From a virus: DNA of 64,000 nucleotides. The notes beneath the pieces are model-generated. The model did no database searches. It had not been told where the DNA came from and saw nothing but the letters and a program-made list of their open reading frames with translations. Shown in pieces: positions 57,658 to 64,000 of the stretch (positions are counted from its first letter, which is position 1; the number at the start of each line of letters is the position of its first letter). Location of the stretch: IMG/VR virus record IMGVR_UViG_3300034166_000560. One strand, written 5' to 3'. The position numbers and the translations under genes are program-made.

Positions 57658-57675
57658 CTCATATTATATTATGTC

Positions 57676-57728
57676 TGCGTTGCCTAATGGAACGCAATCT
57701 TAAACTCGCTCTAAAGGAGAATTAAATG
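57676..57728 (+). promoter_or_regulatory. ROSE-like RNA thermometer in the hsp20 5'UTR
   Basis: TGCGTT..AACGCA hairpin, then CTCGCT (U-Y-G-C-U) able to pair with the AGGAG SD. Confidence 0.55.
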
Positions 57729-58181
57729 ACAAACGATGTTTTCAATTTGTCCAATCTAAACAAGCATTTTGTAGGTTTTGATAAGGTTCTAGACACTCTA
57801 ACTAATGTTAATGATACCTACACCAAGGCAATCCTAAACAACTCCCCAAACTGGCCTCCATATAATATCGTAAAGATTGATGATAACAACTACAGCATTG
57901 AATTGGCTGTGGCTGGTTTTGGTAAGCATAATCTAGATATCGAATTAGCTAATAACACTCTCGTAGTTAAGGGTGGATTTACTGTCGACGAGATTGATCC
58001 CATTGACAATCCAGTCCAGTATCTATGGAAGGGGATTGCTGATCGTATGTTTACCCGCAAGTTTACTCTTGCTGACACGGTTGAAGTGAAGAACGCAGAA
58101 TATGTTAATGGTATGCTTAAGATTTTCCTAGAGAACGTAGTTCCAGAGGAAAAGAAGCCGAAGAAAGTAGACATCAAGTAA
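57726..58181 (+). CDS. hsp20: Small heat-shock protein Hsp20/IbpA
   Basis: VGFD, PPYNI, IELAVAGF, YL.KGIA.R.F.R.F.LAD, A...NG.L.I.L....PEEKKP..I. Confidence 0.95.
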   Translation: MTNDVFNLSNLNKHFVGFDKVLDTLTNVNDTYTKAILNNSPNWPPYNIVKIDDNNYSIELAVAGFGKHNLDIELANNTLVVKGGFTVDEIDPIDNPVQYLWKGIADRMFTRKFTLADTVEVKNAEYVNGMLKIFLENVVPEEKKPKKVDIK

Positions 58182-58191
58182 TCTTCTAAAT

Positions 58192-58219
58192 AGGGGAGAG
58201 TTTCGGCTCTCCCTTTTTT
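58192..58219 (+). terminator. Intrinsic terminator
   Basis: GGGAGAGT-TTCG-GCTCTCCC-TTTTT. Confidence 0.85.
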
Positions 58220-58235
58220 ATTTCAGGAGATTATC

Positions 58236-58898
58236 ATGGCTACATTTAAAGAAGCATTTGCTGCTGCGAAGAAAGCAGGAAAAGAAACATTCGTATACGA
58301 CGGTAAATTATACACCACCGAAGTTGCTGTCAAAGATGCCAAAGAAGAAGGTCACATTGACGTAACAAATACAGTTAAAGAGTCGCAAGTTCCTACTGTA
58401 TCTAAGTTAAAAAAGAATGTCTGGCCTCTACAAACAGAACTACGTAAGAAGTTCGGCACACCAGACTATGGCGGAACATTTAAAAAGAATATGGTTTCTG
58501 TTAATCTACCATATACTATGTGGATGGATGATATTAAGATCACCAAGTGCTGGATGAATAAGATTTGCGCTGACTCTCTTGTTCGTGTTCTAACATACGT
58601 ATGGGACGAGAACGGCAGAGATTACGATAAGATCAAAGCGCAACAACTACACGTATTCTCAGGTTCATGGAATATTCGTAACATGCGTGGTGGACATTCT
58701 CTGTCTACTCATGCATTCGGTTTGGCTATTGATATTGCTGCTCCGTATAACGCTCTTGGCAAGAAACCTGGATACAATAAGTATTCATTCACAGAAAACT
58801 CTCTTATCGTCAAAGCCTTCAAAGAAGAAGGTTGGGTTTGGGGTGGTCCATGGTCAAGACCAGACGGTATGCATTTCCAGGCTGCTCGTGTAGGTTAA
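58236..58898 (+). CDS. M15-family (L-Ala-D-Glu) peptidase, probable endolysin
   Basis: R.MRGG..LSTHAFGLAIDI, F...GW.WGG.W...DGMHFQ; N-terminal TFKEAFAAA..G...F.Y.GK.YTT module. Confidence 0.85.
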   Translation: MATFKEAFAAAKKAGKETFVYDGKLYTTEVAVKDAKEEGHIDVTNTVKESQVPTVSKLKKNVWPLQTELRKKFGTPDYGGTFKKNMVSVNLPYTMWMDDIKITKCWMNKICADSLVRVLTYVWDENGRDYDKIKAQQLHVFSGSWNIRNMRGGHSLSTHAFGLAIDIAAPYNALGKKPGYNKYSFTENSLIVKAFKEEGWVWGGPWSRPDGMHFQAARVG

Positions 58899-58913
58899 GA
58901 ATAAAGGTATATT

Positions 58914-60542
58914 ATGAAAATTGTAGGTGTTACTGGCTATCATGATAGTAGCGCTGTATTGTTGCAAGATGGCGAAATAAAATTATTCTTCAAAGAAGAA
59001 AGACTTGTTAGGCAAAAACGTGCCTTAACTGCAGTTTCTTCTGTTGATGAAATACTAAAACATCACAAGGATATAGATTATTTCGCCCTCTGCGACCATC
59101 ACGATAGTGAATATACATTCTATAAATCTTATAAAAGAATTTTCGGAACAGAAATTAAAGATTACACTTCTTCGCATCATTTATGTCATGCAAGCCAAGC
59201 ATTTTATAATAGTGGATTCGAGAATTGTTTGGTTTTTGTTATTGATAGAAATGGCGCTGCTATTGAAGGATTAGTAAGAGAAGCTGAAACTGTATTTGAA
59301 GCGTCGTATCCTTGTAATTTCCGAACGTTACATAAAAATTATTGGATACATAATACAGAAAAAGGGTTTTATGATAAATTCCCTACACTATTAAATAAAT
59401 TTAACAATCAAACTAAATTTTCGTTCAACGCTGATAGTAATATGAGTATTGTTAAAGTTTACGAATCAGCTACGACCCTAATAGGTCAATGCCCATTAGA
59501 AAATGGTAAAACAATGGGATTGGCATCTTATGGAAAAGATAAACAATTTATTAATTTTTTCCAAAACAATCGTCCAGTTGATAATTTGTTTTTGCATGAT
59601 AATTTTGTAGTAGATTACGTTGAGTCTACTTTATTTAAAGAATATGAAAACAATATAAACTTTGATCTGCGCAAAGACAACTACCAATTTTATGCGGACT
59701 ATGCATATCAAGTCCAGAAACAAACGCAAGAACAAGTATTGGATATGGTTTCTCAATGGGTGAGAAAAACTGGTATAAAACAGGTATGTATTACTGGCGG
59801 TTACGCTTTGAACGTTGTGTGTAACGAATATCTTATCAGAAATTTACCAGAGGTTGAATTTTATTTCGAGCCTCTGGCTGATGATACTGGTAATAGTATC
59901 GGCGCTGCTATGTTATTACACAGATCTTTAACCCAAGATAATACTAGAACAAAATTAAAACATACATTTTTCCACGGAAAGAATGTAAAACCCAAAAATA
60001 TCGGAAACGACTGCACTACGCAGGATATAGTTCGTCATTTAATAAACCAGAAAACCGTTGCGGTGTATAATGGCATGGCAGAAGCTGGGCCAAGAGCTCT
60101 TGGTAATAGATCTATTCTATTCGATGCTCGTAATCCAAACGCAAAAGAAATAGTTAATATCATCAAACAAAGAGAGTGGTATAGACCATTCGCTGGATTT
60201 ATTTTAAAAGAATATTTCCAAGAATATTTCGAAACTCATGGTTTGGACAAATCAGAATTTATGACAATTTCTTTCAGCTGCAAAAGAACAAATGTTATTC
60301 CGGGTATTGTTCATGTCGATAATAGTTGTAGAATACAAACTGTTGACGACGAAATTCCACATATGAAAGAATTGTTATTAAACTTCTATGATGAGACTGG
60401 ATGTCCTGCATTATTGAATACCAGTTTTAATCTGGCAGGAGATCCTCTGATAGAAACACAGGAAGAAGCTATTGAATGTTTCTATAGGTCTCAACTAGAA
60501 GTTCTTTGGTTTCCTGAAATTGGAAAATGTTTGACAAAATAG
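58914..60542 (+). CDS. Carbamoyltransferase (NodU/CmcH/TobZ family)
   Basis: HDSS, EERL.R.K, HH..HA, GK.MGLASYG, GG.ALN, D.G.SIGAA, E.GPRALGNRS, K.RE.YRPFA, HVD.S.R.QT, LNTSFN. Confidence 0.92.
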   Translation: MKIVGVTGYHDSSAVLLQDGEIKLFFKEERLVRQKRALTAVSSVDEILKHHKDIDYFALCDHHDSEYTFYKSYKRIFGTEIKDYTSSHHLCHASQAFYNSGFENCLVFVIDRNGAAIEGLVREAETVFEASYPCNFRTLHKNYWIHNTEKGFYDKFPTLLNKFNNQTKFSFNADSNMSIVKVYESATTLIGQCPLENGKTMGLASYGKDKQFINFFQNNRPVDNLFLHDNFVVDYVESTLFKEYENNINFDLRKDNYQFYADYAYQVQKQTQEQVLDMVSQWVRKTGIKQVCITGGYALNVVCNEYLIRNLPEVEFYFEPLADDTGNSIGAAMLLHRSLTQDNTRTKLKHTFFHGKNVKPKNIGNDCTTQDIVRHLINQKTVAVYNGMAEAGPRALGNRSILFDARNPNAKEIVNIIKQREWYRPFAGFILKEYFQEYFETHGLDKSEFMTISFSCKRTNVIPGIVHVDNSCRIQTVDDEIPHMKELLLNFYDETGCPALLNTSFNLAGDPLIETQEEAIECFYRSQLEVLWFPEIGKCLTK

Positions 60543-60614
60543 TGAAATATAGTATAATGGTAATTAGCATCTGTGGGTTCGATCGTGGACCGGATAGCGT
60601 TTATTGGAGAGAAA

Positions 60615-63098
60615 ATGGCATTTTATACAAACGTTTTTATGAGAGGCAATAAGGTCTATGTTAGAGGATTTGACAAAGGTCTAAGATACAAAGATATTGT
60701 TTCGTATAACCCTTATTTGTTTATTGGTAAAGCAAACGGCAAATATAAGACACTAGACGGTAAGCCCGTAGAGAAACTCGATTTTGATTCTGTTTCAGAA
60801 GCTAGAGATTTTATATCTCGCTACGAACAAGTATCAAATATGGAGATCTACGGGCTTACTGCATTTTTATATCTATACATTTTTGATACGTTTAAGGGCG
60901 ATATCGATTATGATCCAAAACTCGTTAACATTGCAACAATAGATATCGAGTGTGCTGCTGATGAAGGTTTCCCAGATATTCAAAAGGCTGATAAGCCTCT
61001 TACCGCAATTACTTTGCGCAGCCGTAATCGTAATTATGTATTTGGCTGCGGAGAATTTAACAGTGACGACCCAAATACATTTTACACCCAGTGTAAAGAC
61101 GAATACGAACTTGTCCAGCAGTTTCTCAACTGTTGGGAAGGATTAGACATTGATATTGTAACAGGGTGGAACATTGAGTTCTTTGATATTCCGTATATTG
61201 TTAATCGCATTCGCCGTTTATTTAACGATACTGAAGCTCGTCGCCTTTCTCCATGGAGAATTCTCGACGAAAAGATTATCGAATTCCGAGGCAAAGAAAA
61301 TCAGAGTTTTAATCCGGCTGGTATCTCCGTTCTTGATTATTACCAGTTATATCGTAAGTTTATGTTTGGTAATCAAGAATCTTATAAGTTGGATTTTATT
61401 GCGCAAGTTGAATTGGGTGAAAAGAAGATTGATTACTCCGAGTATGGCAACCTTCTGGAGTTATATAAAAGAGACCATCAGAAATTTATTGAGTACAACA
61501 TTCACGACTGTGTTCTGGTTGATCGACTCGATGAGAAGTTAAAGTTCCTAGAACAGACTATGGCTATTTCATATGACGCCAAGGTTAATTACCCTGACGT
61601 TATGACAACTGTTCGACCATGGGATATTATTATCCATAATTATCTTCTTGAGCAGGGAATTGTTATTCCTCCAATGAGAAGAACGAGCGCTGACGGCTCA
61701 TTGATTGGTGGTTTCGTTAAGGAACCAAAACTAGGATTGAGTAAGTGGGTTGTTTCGTTTGACTTGAACAGTCTGTATCCTCATCTTATTATGCAGTATA
61801 ATATCAGCCCAGAAACGTTCGCTGGTAAAGTTGGTATACCATCTATTGAAGGATTGCTTGAAGGAAACTTTAAATACGTTCATGACGATCTTTCTCATGC
61901 AGCTAATGGTTGCACCTATCGTAAGGATAATCAGGGATTCCTTCCTGCTCTTATGGAGAAGATGTATAACGACCGTACCAAGTATAAGAAGTTAATGCTT
62001 GAAGCCAAGCAGCGATATGAGAATAATCCAAACGCTGAAGACGAGAAGTTAGTAGCTCGATACCATAATATGCAGATGGCTAAAAAGATTCAGCTAAACT
62101 CTGCTTACGGCGCATTGGCTAATCAGTTCTTCCGTTGGTTCAGTTATGATCACGCTGAAGCAATTACCATGTCAGGACAGTTATCAATTCGTTGGATCGA
62201 AAAGAAGATGAACCTGTTTATGAATAAGGTTCTTGGTATCAGCGAAGGAAGGCCAATTGATTTTGTTATTGCATCTGATACAGATTCTATCTATGTAGAA
62301 ATGGATGCTTTGGTAGCACACCTAGATACTGATAACGAATTGGATATTGTTGTTGCTATTGATAAGTTCTGCAATCAAAAGATCCAGCCATATCTAGATA
62401 AGTGTTATCAAGAACTAGCAGATATGATGAATGCATATCAGCAGAAAATGCAGATGAAGAGGGAAACAATTGCGAACAAAGGTATTTGGCGTGGCAAGAA
62501 GATGTATATCCTCAACGCTTGGAATGTTGAGGGTGTTCAGTATAATGAACCCAAGCTCAAGCTCCAAGGTATTGAGGCGGTACGTTCGAGCACTCCAAAG
62601 GCGTGTCGAGAAAACATTAAAAAATGTCTCTCGATAATCATGAACGGAACTCAGGAAGAACTTCACGAGTTTATTAAACAGTTCCGTGAAGAGTTTCTGA
62701 CAATGCCATTCCAGGATGTTGCCTTTCCACGTAGCGTTAAAGGATTAGAAAAATATTCTAAGAATAGAACTCTTACATACGATAAGGGAACGCCAATTGG
62801 AGTCAAAGGCGCTCTAATCTTTAATAATCTCTTGAAGAAGCACGACATTAAGAATATTCCTGCCATTCAGAATGGAGATAAGATTCGATTCGCTTATCTG
62901 AAAGTTCCAAATCCAATCCAGGAATCTGTGATTGCAGTTCCAGACGAACTACCGAAGGAACTAGATTTTATTGATAAGTATATCGACAGAGAAACACAAT
63001 TCAATAAATCGTTCTTAGAGCCAGTTGCTTCCATCACAGAAGTAATTAACTGGTCCACAGAACAACATTCAACATTAGAGGATTTTTTCAATGACTGA
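60615..63098 (+). CDS. gp43: Family B DNA polymerase gp43
   Basis: DIE, GWN..FFD.PY, SFDLNSLYP, K..LNSAYG, DTDS, KKMY; start ATG 60615 with GGAG RBS. Confidence 0.97.
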   Translation: MAFYTNVFMRGNKVYVRGFDKGLRYKDIVSYNPYLFIGKANGKYKTLDGKPVEKLDFDSVSEARDFISRYEQVSNMEIYGLTAFLYLYIFDTFKGDIDYDPKLVNIATIDIECAADEGFPDIQKADKPLTAITLRSRNRNYVFGCGEFNSDDPNTFYTQCKDEYELVQQFLNCWEGLDIDIVTGWNIEFFDIPYIVNRIRRLFNDTEARRLSPWRILDEKIIEFRGKENQSFNPAGISVLDYYQLYRKFMFGNQESYKLDFIAQVELGEKKIDYSEYGNLLELYKRDHQKFIEYNIHDCVLVDRLDEKLKFLEQTMAISYDAKVNYPDVMTTVRPWDIIIHNYLLEQGIVIPPMRRTSADGSLIGGFVKEPKLGLSKWVVSFDLNSLYPHLIMQYNISPETFAGKVGIPSIEGLLEGNFKYVHDDLSHAANGCTYRKDNQGFLPALMEKMYNDRTKYKKLMLEAKQRYENNPNAEDEKLVARYHNMQMAKKIQLNSAYGALANQFFRWFSYDHAEAITMSGQLSIRWIEKKMNLFMNKVLGISEGRPIDFVIASDTDSIYVEMDALVAHLDTDNELDIVVAIDKFCNQKIQPYLDKCYQELADMMNAYQQKMQMKRETIANKGIWRGKKMYILNAWNVEGVQYNEPKLKLQGIEAVRSSTPKACRENIKKCLSIIMNGTQEELHEFIKQFREEFLTMPFQDVAFPRSVKGLEKYSKNRTLTYDKGTPIGVKGALIFNNLLKKHDIKNIPAIQNGDKIRFAYLKVPNPIQESVIAVPDELPKELDFIDKYIDRETQFNKSFLEPVASITEVINWSTEQHSTLEDFFND

Positions 63099-63351
63099 GA
63101 CACCAGAGGACGATTTCAATTTCGATTTTGGATTTACTTCTGAAGACGAATTGAAAGCAGGAGAATTAGAATTACAAGATCAGCTAGGATCTACACAAGT
63201 AAAACTAGAAGGTCTACGTAAGATGATTATGCCTCTTCTTACCCAACTAAAAAAGAATCCGGACAAAGATATTATCAAATGGCCCGGAGCAGATCGAGTA
63301 AAACAGATAGATACATTTATTAAAAAGATGGACACTTATATTAAAAGTTGA
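63091..63351 (+). CDS. Conserved T4-like hypothetical protein
   Basis: FDFGFT, I.PLL..L.KNP.K..I.WP..R motif; coupled to gp43. Confidence 0.6.
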   Translation: MTETPEDDFNFDFGFTSEDELKAGELELQDQLGSTQVKLEGLRKMIMPLLTQLKKNPDKDIIKWPGADRVKQIDTFIKKMDTYIKS

Positions 63352-63402
63352 CTTATACGAACATACATTGTATAGTAATACTACGATTATACGGAGAAAT
63401 AC

Positions 63403-64000
63403 ATGTCATTAAAAGAGAAACTTATTAAAAATTCTACAATTGATTTAACATCAACATTAACAGATAGTAAGATTTACACCAAGAAGGATATGATTCCAAC
63501 TCCAGTGCCGATGATTAACGTTGCACTTGGCGGAATGATTGATGCTGGTATTACTCCTGGCATGACGATGTTGGCTGGTCCTTCGAAGCACTTCAAGACT
63601 GGCTTTGCTCTGTTGTTGGCTTCTGCTTATCTTAAGAAATATCCAGATGGAGTTATTCTATTCTATGATTCTGAATTTGGTACGCCACAGTCTTATTTTA
63701 ATAAGTTTAAGATTCCGTTGGACTCTGTCGTTCACACGCCGATTACTGACGTCGAGGAACTCAAATTCGACATCATGAAGCAGTTGAAGGAACTTGATCG
63801 TAACGACCGAGTATTCATTGTTATTGATTCGATTGGCAATCTTGCTTCCAAGAAGGAAGTTGAAGATGCCATGAACGAAAAGTCAGTTGCTGACATGTCA
63901 CGTGCCAAGCAGCTAAAGTCTCTCTTCCGAATGATCACTCCTCATCTTACTCTGAAGGACATTCCCCTTGTGGCAGTCAATCATACTTACAAAGAAATTG
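63403..64000 (+). CDS. uvsX: RecA-like recombinase UvsX (5' part; runs off the window)
   Basis: Manual translation: INVALGG..G.T.LAGPSKHFKT..LFYDSEFG..IDSIGNLASKKE..DMSRAK.LKSLFR. Confidence 0.95.
   Translation, partial: MSLKEKLIKNSTIDLTSTLTDSKIYTKKDMIPTPVPMINVALGGMIDAGITPGMTMLAGPSKHFKTGFALLLASAYLKKYPDGVILFYDSEFGTPQSYFNKFKIPLDSVVHTPITDVEELKFDIMKQLKELDRNDRVFIVIDSIGNLASKKEVEDAMNEKSVADMSRAKQLKSLFRMITPHLTLKDIPLVAVNHTYKEI

Noticed and set aside
60615-63098. Intron or intein in DNA polymerase
   Set aside because: ORF is continuous, of normal gp43 size, with all motifs in order
1-64000. Stop-codon reassignment as in some large phages
   Set aside because: Core genes are intact in the standard code and use TAA, TGA and TAG as stops; neither tRNA is a suppressor

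Overview
A 64-kb segment of a large T4-like (Tevenvirinae-related) myophage genome that carries a stand-alone pmoC, i.e. a 'pmoC-phage'. The host is probably an alphaproteobacterial methanotroph (Methylocystis/Methylosinus-like PmoC, alphaproteobacterial-type permuted tmRNA, Rhizobiales-like CobL fragment). 1-13.8 kb is the baseplate/tail module: gp7, gp6, gp25, PAAR, a three-way split gp5, hub, gp53, gp48, gp4, gp2, tube initiator, gp26/gp51 joined by a likely -1 slippery site, and a tape-measure protein with two muralytic domains. 13.8-17.8 kb holds gp32, gp59, gp33, an L,D-transpeptidase and tRNA-Arg. 17.8-33.8 kb holds a two-piece tmRNA, an unusual tRNA-Thr(AGT) and many tailoring enzymes (two flavin halogenases, radical SAM, 2OG-Fe(II) oxygenases, kinase, U32-like), largely downstream of a Gly-rich adhesin-like gene with a Cys/Trp-rich loop. 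33.8-50.3 kb is a hypervariable early region of small ORFs and repeated sigma70 promoters. It contains a ~3.4-kb GATC-free island, an 82-bp inverted repeat and two in-phase arrays of 12-nt-period TWGGTCR repeats. 50.3-64 kb holds DNA ligase, dispersed lysis genes, three paralogous oxygenases, pmoC, Hsp20, endolysin, carbamoyltransferase, gp43 DNA polymerase and the start of uvsX. All calls come from motif recognition by eye; no database searches were run.
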